From Thermoplasmatales archaeon (GTDB lineage: Archaea; Thermoplasmatota; Thermoplasmata; Thermoplasmatales; GCA-001856825): a DNA stretch of 64,000 nt. Below the pieces are notes generated by a model. The model did no database searches. It was not told where the DNA came from and saw only the letters and a list, made by a program, of their open reading frames with translations. The stretch spans positions 64,375 through 128,374 of the forward strand of contig DAHWIJ010000015.1 in assembly GCA_027345195.1 (NCBI GenBank). Direction: 5' to 3'. Below, one piece after another: positions 40,927 through 50,558 of this stretch; the stretch's first letter is position 1, and every line of letters begins with the position of its first letter. Position numbers and translations under genes: made by a program.

Positions 40927-42087
40927 TCATTCAGGTACAGGTCTTGCAAGAAACAGAATGGGAACAAGTGCTATCCCTATCAGACCTAAAATAAGCCAGC
41001 CGTAATCCGGACCTAGCCTGTCGGTCAGGAGCGTGAATATAAACGGTGAAACAGATCCCACCGCTATACCTATGAAATTTACGAATGATAGGGCAAAGGG
41101 AACCATCGACCTATCACTCACATAATGCATTGACAGAACGTATAGAGCCGAGAAACCTGACTGGACGGTGAATCCTCCCACGCCGGCTACCAGGACCAGA
41201 ATGGCCACGTTGACTGAATGAGGGATGAGTATGAACGCAATGCTGCTTACTACCAGTGTTGCGTAGGTGAACGGTCTCCTGATCCGTGACTTCGAAAGGA
41301 GATACCCGCCGACAAACCCTCCAAGAAAACCTATAGTCAGGAACACGCCATCCACGAGTCCGGAATAGAAAGATCCAACCCTCAGGTAGTTCTCTCCGAA
41401 ATAAACGAGGAACTGCCCCCCTATCGTCTCCACAAAAGTCGCCGCCAGCGTTCCGATCGCCAGGAACCACAGGAATTTGTTTCTGACTATAGTGAACATC
41501 TTTCTGTTGAACCCCTCTGATTCTGCCTTGTGCTCTACCATCCCCCTTAACGCGACGAAATTTTCTGTTGCCGCAGCCAGCATGAGGACCCCTCCAATGG
41601 CAAGTCCGAGACGCCAGCCCACGGCCTTATCAACGAAAACCCAGCCAAATGCACCTGCTCCAGCACCAAGCCCGAATACACCGTTGTATATCCCCACCTG
41701 CTGTGGGTAAGCGCCTGGGGGGGAAATGTCTCTGAGTATCGAGAGACCCGGGGAGAAAAAGAACGCGGAACCCCATCCTGCCAGGAATCTTGAAAGTGAA
41801 AGTTCAATGAGGTTGTTTGATAGACCTGATAATACGGCTCCTATCCCGAGGAGTAGGAGACCGACGAAGGCCACCTTCCTCGAACCTATTCTGGATGCGA
41901 TTGCTCCTCCGATTAACTGGAATGGTGCAAGACCTACGTAGAAGAACGTAGTAATTATCCCCAATTGGACTATCTTCAGGTTCAGGTCACTGGCAATGTA
42001 AGTCAGGCCGGGTGCAATGTCAAACCAGTTCAGGGCATAGATTGCACGAGCAATGTTTATGGATGTCGCCTTGAAAAGATACCCCAA
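40927..42087 (-). CDS. MFS transporter
   Basis: About 12 TM segments; GAIASRIGSRK motif-A-like loop; RFLAG. Confidence 0.88.
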   Translation of the reverse strand: MGYLFKATSINIARAIYALNWFDIAPGLTYIASDLNLKIVQLGIITTFFYVGLAPFQLIGGAIASRIGSRKVAFVGLLLLGIGAVLSGLSNNLIELSLSRFLAGWGSAFFFSPGLSILRDISPPGAYPQQVGIYNGVFGLGAGAGAFGWVFVDKAVGWRLGLAIGGVLMLAAATENFVALRGMVEHKAESEGFNRKMFTIVRNKFLWFLAIGTLAATFVETIGGQFLVYFGENYLRVGSFYSGLVDGVFLTIGFLGGFVGGYLLSKSRIRRPFTYATLVVSSIAFILIPHSVNVAILVLVAGVGGFTVQSGFSALYVLSMHYVSDRSMVPFALSFVNFIGIAVGSVSPFIFTLLTDRLGPDYGWLILGLIGIALVPILFLARPVPE

Positions 42088-42309
42088 AATGCTACCCCCT
42101 CTTTCCGTCCCCTTGTATCAGATGCCTGCATTTTGCTCTACCAGCAGAGGACCTGACTTGCTTTGAAATGAAAATCAAATGCACGTCTATGAATTCCTCT
42201 TAGAATATGAGGATTATCGAATCCTCGATATCAATTCCTGAATAAACAACCTGGTCTTCCGGAATTCCATACCCCTAAATAACCCGATTGCAATATCGAC
42301 CTGATCTAT

Positions 42310-42813
42310 ATGAGAGCATCCACTAAGAAGAACCTGGATGAGGCCTTTGCAGGCGAAAGCAAGGCAGCCATGAAGTATTCGATCTACTCAGAAGTTGCTG
42401 AGAAGGAGGGGTTCCCAAACATGTCAAGACTCTTCAAGGCCATTTCTTACGCTGAAACTGTCCATGCAACGAACCACTACAGAAACTTGGGAATGATAAA
42501 GGGGACATCAGTAAACATTGAGGATGCGATCGAGGGCGAGCATTACGAAGTTACGGAGATGTACCCTGTATTCAACGCAGTCGCAAAATTCCAGAACGAA
42601 AAAGGGGCTGAGATGTCAACACACTATGCACTCGAGGCAGAAAAAATGCACGAGTCCCTCTACCGAGACGCCCTCGAAAACATCAGGGAAAGGAAGGATG
42701 TGGAGATAGGCGATGTCTTTATCTGCCCAGTTTGCGGATATACTGTGACGGGCAAACCACCGGAAAAATGCCCGGTGTGCGGAACCTCAGGAACAAAGTT
42801 CAAAAAATTCTGA
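42310..42813 (+). CDS. rbr: Rubrerythrin
   Basis: AFAGES, ETVHA, GEHYE, AEKMH; C-terminal CPVCG...CPVCG rubredoxin-like domain. Confidence 0.95.
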   Translation: MRASTKKNLDEAFAGESKAAMKYSIYSEVAEKEGFPNMSRLFKAISYAETVHATNHYRNLGMIKGTSVNIEDAIEGEHYEVTEMYPVFNAVAKFQNEKGAEMSTHYALEAEKMHESLYRDALENIRERKDVEIGDVFICPVCGYTVTGKPPEKCPVCGTSGTKFKKF

Positions 42814-43026
42814 CTACCTGCCACCCTCTTCCTTCATCCTCTCATCCTCCAAGAATAGCTCGCCTATCAGGTCTCTGACCTTCCAGTCGAGTGTGACGCT
42901 AGTGGTAACTGCAACTATCGTGTTATCCGCAAGACCTACTGACCTTAGGGAAGCAATCAGCTTTCTGTATTCAGCACTGTCAAAGTTGTGAAGAATTACA
43001 ACCTTCTTGGATGTCTGGGGTGTCAT
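42814..43026 (-). CDS. Small DUF3783-like protein
   Basis: ILHNF...IVAVTT-x-x-TLDWKV-x-DLI-x-EL pattern. Confidence 0.65.
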   Translation of the reverse strand: MTPQTSKKVVILHNFDSAEYRKLIASLRSVGLADNTIVAVTTSVTLDWKVRDLIGELFLEDERMKEEGGR

Positions 43027-43153
43027 ATGCCCTCAAATCACGTTTGAGATATTAGAGCATTGTTTTAATTCCACTAGGTCCTGAACTACGTGCTTGAACA
43101 GCAAAGGAAGTTAGCAGAAGAGCAGTTTTTAAGGGTGAACTACATTTTACCTC

Positions 43154-43804
43154 ATGGAAAGGATAAGCAAGAGGGTATCAGAATACCTCTCGGCGAACCC
43201 CTGTGCGATGGACTCACTCCAGTCGGGAATAGTCAACTATTCTTCACTAGCAAGATACCTCATGAAGCAACTCAAGACGCAGAACTTCAATGCGGTCCTT
43301 GCAGCTATTAAAAGATACCCTGAGAGGAACCCTTCGTTGGAATCTGCCTACAGGTCTGCGCTCTCAGAATCAAGAATAGAAGCTTATTATTCCATCACGA
43401 ACCTTACGGTAAGGAATTCGGTGGAGAATTTTGTGAAGGTTTCGAACATATATTCCGCAATATATGGTTCCGGAGGGAAGATAAGGGTGGTACAGGGGAG
43501 CCAGGGGATAGTCATGGTGATTGATAAAAAGAACACCCCTGAAGTGAGGAAAAGATTCCCACCGGAGGAAATTCTCTCTTTCAGGGAGAATCTTGCTGAG
43601 CTCGTGATAATTTCCCCCCTCATAATAGAGAAACTTAGAGGCTATGTTGCCTACATCTCTACCATCCTGGCAATAAACGGTATAAACGTATATCAAGTAG
43701 CTTCGTTCTACAACGACGTCACCTACATAATGGATGAGGATTTCATGGATTCTGCGGTGAGGGTGATGACCAAACTGACTTCAGGGAAAAAGCTTAATCC
43801 ATAA
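43154..43804 (+). CDS. HTH plus ACT-domain protein (amino-acid-binding regulator-like)
   Basis: GIVNYSSLARY N-terminus; C-terminal GYVAYIS-x-ILA-x-NGINV ACT motif. Confidence 0.8.
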   Translation: MERISKRVSEYLSANPCAMDSLQSGIVNYSSLARYLMKQLKTQNFNAVLAAIKRYPERNPSLESAYRSALSESRIEAYYSITNLTVRNSVENFVKVSNIYSAIYGSGGKIRVVQGSQGIVMVIDKKNTPEVRKRFPPEEILSFRENLAELVIISPLIIEKLRGYVAYISTILAINGINVYQVASFYNDVTYIMDEDFMDSAVRVMTKLTSGKKLNP

Positions 43805-44258
43805 CCTCGAACACAAGCCTCTTCCTGCCTGCCATCGCTACTATCTCGAATTTTGGGCGCTCGGTTATTGCCATTACCCTGTACCTCCTATTCAAGACCC
43901 TCCCGACGACGCAGTATTTGGTCGGACCCTTTTCCAAAACATCTAAGGTAGCGAATCCTGTGACGGGGGCGAAAGGAGGGTAGGACAGGGCAAAGAAGAC
44001 TGCAGCCACTATGTTCGCGATAACGTAAGTGAAGTCATTCACAGGGACAAGCCTGTACGAGAATGGGCCGATGATCGCAGTAATAATTGATATGAGGTAA
44101 ACCATAACTCCAGGGCTGCTTCCTTCGGCATTTATTACCTTCTTGTTCCTGTAGAGAAAATTGGATCCGTTCAACCTGGACCTGATGACGAGCCCACGAA
44201 CGTAAAGGGAGACCGCTATGCCCACTAACAGGGATACGATGCCTGGGATCAAGTCCAT
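43794..44258 (-). CDS. Hypothetical membrane protein (3 TM plus small C-terminal beta domain, weakly NfeD-like)
   Basis: Hydrophobicity pattern; overlaps the stop of the upstream thiolase gene. Confidence 0.55.
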   Translation of the reverse strand: MDLIPGIVSLLVGIAVSLYVRGLVIRSRLNGSNFLYRNKKVINAEGSSPGVMVYLISIITAIIGPFSYRLVPVNDFTYVIANIVAAVFFALSYPPFAPVTGFATLDVLEKGPTKYCVVGRVLNRRYRVMAITERPKFEIVAMAGRKRLVFEVMD

Positions 44259-45166
44259 GTGCCCAACTCCATCTCAAAGGAACAGCTCTGGCACATGTCT
44301 CCTGGCGTTGGTGAACCGCACACCCTGCACTTTCCCATCTTCACATTCTCCTCTCCTGCAGCCATGGACCTTATTTTTTCGAAGGAATTAAGTATAGCGT
44401 ACTTGGTCCCGGGAGTCCTTTCCTCCCATTTGTCTATCGAATCCCTGAATTCATTCCTAATGGCTTGACCTGCGTACGGGCAGGTTGCATGGGAGAATTC
44501 AATTCCCTGGAGAATCGCGTAAAGCAGAACTTCCTTCTCCGGTATCCTCAGAAGGGGCTGAAGTCTTGGAACCAACCCGGGTTTTGGAATTATATGCGGA
44601 CCCATCCTTCCTAGACGATCGATGTCACCACGGACAAGATTCATCATTATAGACTGCGCTGTGTCGTCAAGATTCAGTCCTGTCACGAGATAGTCGAGGC
44701 CTTCTTCAATCCCCGCCGTATTCAGCAGTTTCCTCCTGAAAACACCGCAATAGCTGCAGGGTTTCCTTTTCCCGTCTTCAGAGACCTTATCCATCGTAGT
44801 TCCGAAATTGTCCTCGATTCTCAGGATTTTGTGCTCTATACCGAGTCTCTTCGTCAACGACTCAGCAGCCTTAAGGGTCAGCTTCCTGTAAGAGCTGATC
44901 CCCTCATCTATTGTGACTGCAACAATGCTTACATCCCTTCTCTTCCCGAATACCCGGTGCGTTTCAAAGAGTGCTACTGAACTGTCCTTCCCGCCAGATA
45001 GTGCCACCCCAATTCTTATTGGATGTGAGATTTTTAGCTCATTTCTAAACTCTAGATTCACTCTCCTTTGAAAGAACTTTATGAAGTGTTCCTCGCACAG
45101 ATGGCTTCCATTATATTTCAGAAACGCTACGGGTTGATCGTTGCAAAATGAACAATGCATTGACAT
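44249..45166 (-). CDS. tRNA 2-thiolation protein, TtuA/NcsA (PP-loop) family (likely start 45166 or 45160)
   Basis: N-terminal CxxC..CxxH, SGGKDS, CSYCGVFRR, TGLNLDD, CPY, C-terminal CxxC..CxxC. Confidence 0.92.
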   Translation of the reverse strand: MSMHCSFCNDQPVAFLKYNGSHLCEEHFIKFFQRRVNLEFRNELKISHPIRIGVALSGGKDSSVALFETHRVFGKRRDVSIVAVTIDEGISSYRKLTLKAAESLTKRLGIEHKILRIEDNFGTTMDKVSEDGKRKPCSYCGVFRRKLLNTAGIEEGLDYLVTGLNLDDTAQSIMMNLVRGDIDRLGRMGPHIIPKPGLVPRLQPLLRIPEKEVLLYAILQGIEFSHATCPYAGQAIRNEFRDSIDKWEERTPGTKYAILNSFEKIRSMAAGEENVKMGKCRVCGSPTPGDMCQSCSFEMELGTWT

Positions 45167-45207
45167 TGTAGTAAAAAAAGTTATAAAAGCCTTTATTATT
45201 ATTACCC

Positions 45208-45915
45208 ATGGAAGATTTTGAAAAGGAGCTTGCAGAGGTCTCGAAGTATTTCGAAAGCTTTGCAATGACGGACTACGAACTTCGTGGGTTCCTGGCGCTA
45301 ATACTTCTGGGTGCCAGCACGCCGGACACCATAGCGATGACTGCCAAAATACCTAGGACATCAACGTACAAGGTTCTGGAAAAGCTCGAGGAGAGGGGAT
45401 TCATCACCTCCCTAGAAGGGAGGCCTAAGGTTTTCAAGGCGAAGAATATATACGAAATCAGGAAAAATTTCTCGAAGAATTTCGACGTCCTTTTCGAGAA
45501 ACTGACGGACTTGAGTGAGCAGCTGACCCAGCAGGGGCTGCCACAGCTTATTTACACGATCTACGGCAGGGAAAGGGTGCTCGAGAAGATGAAGGAGGTG
45601 CTCAACTCTGCAGAGAGGTTCGCCTCTATTTCCACCCCTAAGCTCAGGGAGCTCAGAATCGAGCTGGGGAAGGAGATAGAATCTGCAATAACGAGGAATG
45701 TGACTGTTTCGATAGTTGTTCCTGACAACCAGCGGGTCCCCCAGGGAACTAGAGTCTTCCGGAACAACTCCCTTATAGCAACTGACATGGTCTCAGATGG
45801 AACCAGGGCGCTAATTGCGGCGCCAGACCTGTCGGCCTGCGGCTACACCGATAACCCCCTTCTGGCAGAGCACATAAACAGCTACATTGAGATGCTGATG
45901 AACAAGAAGACATAA
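45208..45915 (+). CDS. TrmB-family transcriptional regulator
   Basis: TDYE, IPRTSTYKVL-x-x-LEERG, GRPKVF. Confidence 0.9.
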   Translation: MEDFEKELAEVSKYFESFAMTDYELRGFLALILLGASTPDTIAMTAKIPRTSTYKVLEKLEERGFITSLEGRPKVFKAKNIYEIRKNFSKNFDVLFEKLTDLSEQLTQQGLPQLIYTIYGRERVLEKMKEVLNSAERFASISTPKLRELRIELGKEIESAITRNVTVSIVVPDNQRVPQGTRVFRNNSLIATDMVSDGTRALIAAPDLSACGYTDNPLLAEHINSYIEMLMNKKT

Positions 45916-45928
45916 GGAGCTGCGGAAG

Positions 45929-46495
45929 TTGAAAGTATATGTGATAGATAACGGAGGGCAGTGGACTCACAGGGAGTGGCGGGTGCTGAGGGACCTCGAC
46001 GTTGAGTGCGAGATCAAGAGCAATGAATCCAGCGTTGATGAGATAGCAGACGCAGATGGGATTGTCCTTTCTGGGGGTGCTCCCTCTATAGCTTACGAGA
46101 GCTTCAAACTGGGCAACACCTCGCAGTTCCTCGCTGAACTTAAGATTCCAATTCTCGGCATATGCGTGGGGGCACAGTTCATGGGAATGTATTACGGCTC
46201 AGATGTCTCTCCCGCCAGGCATCCAGAATTCGGGAAGGTGGAAATAACCGTACTGGAGGAAGATTCGATCCTCAAGGGTGTCTCGAGAAAGTTCAGCGCT
46301 TGGGAGAATCACAACGACGAGATTATGGAAGTACCAAAGGGATTCACGTTGCTTGCCTCGTCCGAAACCTGTAAAATCCAGGCTATGGCCAACGTTGAAA
46401 AGATGAGGTACGCGCTCCAGTTTCACCCTGAAGTCGAGCACACGCAGTTCGGAAGACAGATATTCAGGAACTTTCTTGAACTATGTGTTCCCTGA
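45929..46495 (+). CDS. guaAA: GMP synthase glutamine amidotransferase subunit A
   Basis: DNGGQWTHREWR, LSGG, GICVG, QFHPEV. Confidence 0.95.
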   Translation: MKVYVIDNGGQWTHREWRVLRDLDVECEIKSNESSVDEIADADGIVLSGGAPSIAYESFKLGNTSQFLAELKIPILGICVGAQFMGMYYGSDVSPARHPEFGKVEITVLEEDSILKGVSRKFSAWENHNDEIMEVPKGFTLLASSETCKIQAMANVEKMRYALQFHPEVEHTQFGRQIFRNFLELCVP

Positions 46496-47009
46496 GGAAT
46501 TCCGTCACCTTCTCCCTGAATTCATCGATCGTTGAGTCGTTGCAGATGTAATGGTCCGCTGTCGCTATCACATTCCCTATACCCCATGACAGCTCCCTCT
46601 GCTCCCTGGCCTGGAACTCTTCGATATTCTTTGGGTCGTCCTCCCTTCCGCGCTTCAGCAACCTTCCAAATCTGATGTCCCTTCCCGAGGAAATTCCAAC
46701 TACAAGGCCGATCTGCATATCTTTCCTGAACCTGACAATTTCTTCAACGTTTCTAACGCCTTCGATAACGACAAAATTGCTCTTTACTCTTTCAATGGTC
46801 CTTTTAGCCCAGATATCCATCCCGTTGTCCCTTCTCTCCCTGGAGGCAATCTCACCACTCATCGAAATGCTGAGTCCTTTGTTTCTTGTGAATTCCCTCA
46901 CCACGTCTCCCATGTTTATGACCTCGATGCCCATTTTCCTTGCCACCATCGCAAATTCGTCCTTTCCTGAACCTGGCATTCCAATGATGAGGATAGCCTT
47001 TGACTTCAC
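46464..47009 (-). CDS. UPF0200 P-loop nucleotide kinase (dephospho-CoA-kinase-like)
   Basis: GMPGSGK, MGDVVR, EGVR, RGREDD, RELSWG. Confidence 0.85.
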   Translation of the reverse strand: MKSKAILIIGMPGSGKDEFAMVARKMGIEVINMGDVVREFTRNKGLSISMSGEIASRERRDNGMDIWAKRTIERVKSNFVVIEGVRNVEEIVRFRKDMQIGLVVGISSGRDIRFGRLLKRGREDDPKNIEEFQAREQRELSWGIGNVIATADHYICNDSTIDEFREKVTEFLREHIVQESS

Positions 47010-47088
47010 AATACCGCATTAGACCTAAGATATAATTATTTACGAGCGTGCCGCATATGAAGGCCCGATCCGGAGAGGGTAGAGGATG

Positions 47089-48345
47089 TCAGGAAACGGG
47101 CAGGGACTTCTGAGTAGGTCTCACGTCCTTAAGCTGGGATAGGGCCTCATCGCTCAGCAGTATCTCCTTCAGTTTGGATGATCCGTAATTGAGCGTCACA
47201 GTAGTCGTTCGCCCATATCTCCCGAAACTCTGGACCCTGGATTCTATCAGTCCCAGGTTGGTCATCTCTGCTACTATATCTGCTACCCTTCTCTGCGTCA
47301 GACTTGCAAGTCCCATTCTATCCGAAATCCTTTCGTAGAGATCGTAAAACTCACCCATCGTCGAACTCCCCCCATTCCTTATTTCATCTATAAGCGTAAT
47401 CGAAAATAGCACTAGCTTGCTGTGAAGTGGGAGGGTTGAAATTGTTTCGACGACTACATCCCTCTCAAGCTTACTCTTGGCGGCATAGATTGTCTCGTCC
47501 ACTATCCTCTTCCCGTTGTTTTTCTCCGTTAGCTCAACTGCAATCCTCAGCATATCGATTGCTCTCCTGGCATCCCCGTGCTCCTGGGCAGCTAATGCTG
47601 CACAGGTCCTCACCGCTGAGTCGTCTATAGAGTCTGCTATTCCGGCATAGAGGGACCTGTCCCGGAGTATGTCATAGATCTGCGACGCGTTGTAAGGGTT
47701 GTAGACCATAGTCTCCTCTATCAGTCTGCTCTTCACCCTCGGGTCGAGATACTCCGTAAACCTCAGGTCGTTGGATATGCCCAGGATGCTAATACTACCC
47801 TCACTGCTTATTTCATTGATCCTGAGAAGCTGGTAGAGAACCGAGTCTCCGCTCTTCTTTACAAGCTTGTCGATCTCATCAAGCACTATAATCGCTATCC
47901 CCCCGAAGTTCTTCATCTTCTCCAGCACAGTAGCATACAGCTTGTCCAGGGGCCATCCGGTGAAAGGCAGCTTCTCCTCCCAGGAATCAAGGAGCCCATT
48001 CCCAACTGCCAGCAGGATTCCGTAAGGGTTGTCGACTACCCCGCAGTTGATGTCGATAAGCTTTATCTTCGCGTCCAGTCTGGATTCGGTGGCCTTGGTG
48101 ATCTCGCTTTCCACGAATTTCACCACACTGGTCTTTCCTACCCCGGGCTTGCCGAATATGATTATGTTTGAGGGTTTGAAATTCTTGAGCGAAGGTGACA
48201 GTATCTCAGCAAGTTGTTCCGCCTCCTTTTCCCTGTGAGGAAGTCTCTCAGGCACGAAGCTTGGCTCAAGTGCCTGCCTTTTCCCTTTCACTATCATCGA
48301 AAAGTTATCGAATTTCTCAAACAGGTTTTTGGATAAATTTTCCAT
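47089..48345 (-). CDS. cdc6: Orc1/Cdc6 replication initiator (canonical)
   Basis: LPHRE, GKPGVGKT, INC, VLDEID, ISND, LDPRVKSRL, PYNA, HGDARRA, GRYGRT wing. Confidence 0.96.
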   Translation of the reverse strand: MENLSKNLFEKFDNFSMIVKGKRQALEPSFVPERLPHREKEAEQLAEILSPSLKNFKPSNIIIFGKPGVGKTSVVKFVESEITKATESRLDAKIKLIDINCGVVDNPYGILLAVGNGLLDSWEEKLPFTGWPLDKLYATVLEKMKNFGGIAIIVLDEIDKLVKKSGDSVLYQLLRINEISSEGSISILGISNDLRFTEYLDPRVKSRLIEETMVYNPYNASQIYDILRDRSLYAGIADSIDDSAVRTCAALAAQEHGDARRAIDMLRIAVELTEKNNGKRIVDETIYAAKSKLERDVVVETISTLPLHSKLVLFSITLIDEIRNGGSSTMGEFYDLYERISDRMGLASLTQRRVADIVAEMTNLGLIESRVQSFGRYGRTTTVTLNYGSSKLKEILLSDEALSQLKDVRPTQKSLPVS

Positions 48346-48429
48346 GTTGTTGGTAGAGAGGGGTATCCCGGTTAAAACCGTTTGTTATCATGTCTTTTAC
48401 CAAAATCAATAAATATTTCACGCTTCATG

Positions 48430-48454
48430 CCCTCCCCTTAATTTCGACTGGAAA
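48430..48454 (-). promoter_or_regulatory. Origin recognition box (ORB)-like element upstream of cdc6
   Basis: Minus strand TTTCCAGTCGAAATTAAGGGGAGGG resembles the euryarchaeal ORB consensus TTCCAGTGGAAA-n-AAAGGGG, including the G-string. Confidence 0.7.
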
Positions 48455-48471
48455 TTCCATGAAAGCTGCTG

Positions 48472-49785
48472 CTATTCGACGAGCCCTGAAGGTTTCTTGA
48501 ACTCCTCCCCTTCCAGTGGAACGCCCTCCTCCCTCTCCTTTTCATCAAGGAGGGATTCAACTTCTCCAACAAGGTAGAGGGAGCCAGTTACAACAGCATC
48601 TCTGCTTCCTTTAAGGACAATATCGAGAGCTCCGGATGGCTTCCTGCTGATTTCAACTTCCTTGAAGAAGAGTTTTGCTTCCCTCCTGAGGTCTTCCACG
48701 TCCTTCTTCCTCTCTACCTCATTCGGTTCTGTTATGAGCACCTCCTCCGATATTTCTGAGAGGGTCTGCATGATGTTGTAACTGTTCTTATCCTTCAGGA
48801 CTCCGAGTACGATCAGGGGGTCCTTTATCCCGTATCGCCTGATGTTGGAGGCAAGCGAGTGCATCGCCTCGGGATTGTGGGCTCCGTCAAGAATGAGGAG
48901 GGGATTTCTCCTCCTAATCTCAAACCTTCCAGGGACCTGTGCTTCTGCGAGCCCTCCTATTATTTCTTTTACGGATAGAGGATCAGGCATTGATTCTGCG
49001 GCAAGAACAGTCGAAATTGCATTATTTACCTGGTGCTCACCCAGCGCCTTCAAGTTTACTTCGTATGTGTTGTTTTCAGTTTTCAGGAGAAAACTAGTCC
49101 CTTCGAGGGTGTACTGAAGGTTGCTCACTTCGCACTCCCCGGCTTCCCTCACAGGGGAATTGTTCTGTCTAGCTATATTCAGGAGAACCCTCTGAGCCGT
49201 TTCTGGAACTTTTCCTATTACCACGGGCGTCCCCTTCTTGATGATTCCTCCCTTCTCCCTGGCGATATACTCAATGCTGCCTCCAAGCTTGTCCGCGTGC
49301 TCCAAAGAAATGCTTGTTATTACAGAAACTTCTGGCTTTATGATGTTCGTTGAGTCTAGCCTACCGCCTAGGCCAACCTCAACTGAGGCGAACTCCACCC
49401 CCTTTTTCCTGAAGAAATCGAATGCCATGATGGTGGTATACTCAAAAAATGTCAGCTGCGTTTCATTTTCATTATACTCTATGGTAGATTTGTGGCTTGA
49501 GACGAATTCGTCGATGAAACTGTCAGGCACCTCTTCATCATTCACGATGATCCTTTCGTTGAACCTTCTGAGATGCGGAGAGGTATATAGCGCAGCCCTG
49601 TACCTTCTCTTGAGTACCCGGTATATGAAAGTGGCTGTAGAACCCTTGCCATTTGAGCCCGCAACGTGGATGCTTCTGAAAGAATCCTGTGGATTACCGA
49701 TGCTCCTTGCAAACTCCAAGGTAGGACCCAGACCCAATTTTATTCCGAATCTCGAAAGAGAAAAGAGGAATTTTTCTGAATCCAT
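48472..49785 (-). CDS. folC: Folylpolyglutamate synthase / dihydrofolate synthase
   Basis: HVAGSNGKGST, YTSPHL, TFFE, EVGLGGRLDSTN, EKGGI, PGRFE, LDGAHN, TGSLYLVG. Confidence 0.95.
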   Translation of the reverse strand: MDSEKFLFSLSRFGIKLGLGPTLEFARSIGNPQDSFRSIHVAGSNGKGSTATFIYRVLKRRYRAALYTSPHLRRFNERIIVNDEEVPDSFIDEFVSSHKSTIEYNENETQLTFFEYTTIMAFDFFRKKGVEFASVEVGLGGRLDSTNIIKPEVSVITSISLEHADKLGGSIEYIAREKGGIIKKGTPVVIGKVPETAQRVLLNIARQNNSPVREAGECEVSNLQYTLEGTSFLLKTENNTYEVNLKALGEHQVNNAISTVLAAESMPDPLSVKEIIGGLAEAQVPGRFEIRRRNPLLILDGAHNPEAMHSLASNIRRYGIKDPLIVLGVLKDKNSYNIMQTLSEISEEVLITEPNEVERKKDVEDLRREAKLFFKEVEISRKPSGALDIVLKGSRDAVVTGSLYLVGEVESLLDEKEREEGVPLEGEEFKKPSGLVE

Positions 49786-49841
49786 TTGGAGGGAAAGCAG
49801 TTCCTTAGTAAAAAGGTTTATTTGCGTTCAAAATTAAGTTC

Positions 49842-50537
49842 GTGCGTTCAGTTAGAGTCATAGTCGTCGAACCTAAGAATCCTGGAAATCTTGGGGCAAT
49901 CGCGAGATTGATGAAGAATTTTGGGCTAAGTGACCTCACCCTGGTCAATGCTTACAGGATTCCAATTGAGGATATGATCAGGTCGATGAAGGGAGCTGAA
50001 ATATTGATGAATTGCAAGATGGCCAGAACGATCGATGAAGCGACACAGGACCTGGAGTTCACAGTCGGCACATCAGGAATTAAAAGCGATTCTCCCAAGG
50101 AAGTCCTAAGGAATTACATCGAGCCTAGGGAGTTTGTTTCCCTTGCCTCCAGGATAAAGGGAAAGGTGGGTATAATCCTTGGCAGGGAGGATATTGGGCT
50201 GACAAACGAAGAGCTGGCGAAGTGCGACTTTTTTGTTCATATACCAGCAAGTGATGATTACCCTATACTAAATGTTTCAAGCGCTGCAGCAATCCTATTT
50301 TATGAAATGTTCGGGAAGGCGGACACCAAGAAGCGTGAGACTATTACTAAGAGGGATTACGACAGACTTACAAGAAAATTCAGGGAGTCTTTGCTTGAAA
50401 GTGGATACCCCACACACAGAGTTGCAAAGACAACACTCTTATTCAGAAGGGTAGTTTCTAGGGCAATCCTTTCTCCGTACGAGTACAGGATCCTCATGGG
50501 CGCCGTAGGTTGTCGCTCTAGGAGGAAATTAGCGTGA
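49842..50537 (+). CDS. trmJ: SPOUT tRNA methyltransferase, TrmJ family
   Basis: NLGAIARLMKNFG, GREDIGLTNEE, YPILNVS. Confidence 0.9.
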   Translation: MRSVRVIVVEPKNPGNLGAIARLMKNFGLSDLTLVNAYRIPIEDMIRSMKGAEILMNCKMARTIDEATQDLEFTVGTSGIKSDSPKEVLRNYIEPREFVSLASRIKGKVGIILGREDIGLTNEELAKCDFFVHIPASDDYPILNVSSAAAILFYEMFGKADTKKRETITKRDYDRLTRKFRESLLESGYPTHRVAKTTLLFRRVVSRAILSPYEYRILMGAVGCRSRRKLA

Positions 50538-50558
50538 AAGGGTGGCGCACGCGCGAGT

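Noticed and set aside
44249..45265. Extended N-termini in the ORF track (thiolase, DP2, roadblock, HIT, dCMP deaminase, AhpD)
   Set aside because: They run through promoters or neighbouring genes; downstream starts match family N-termini
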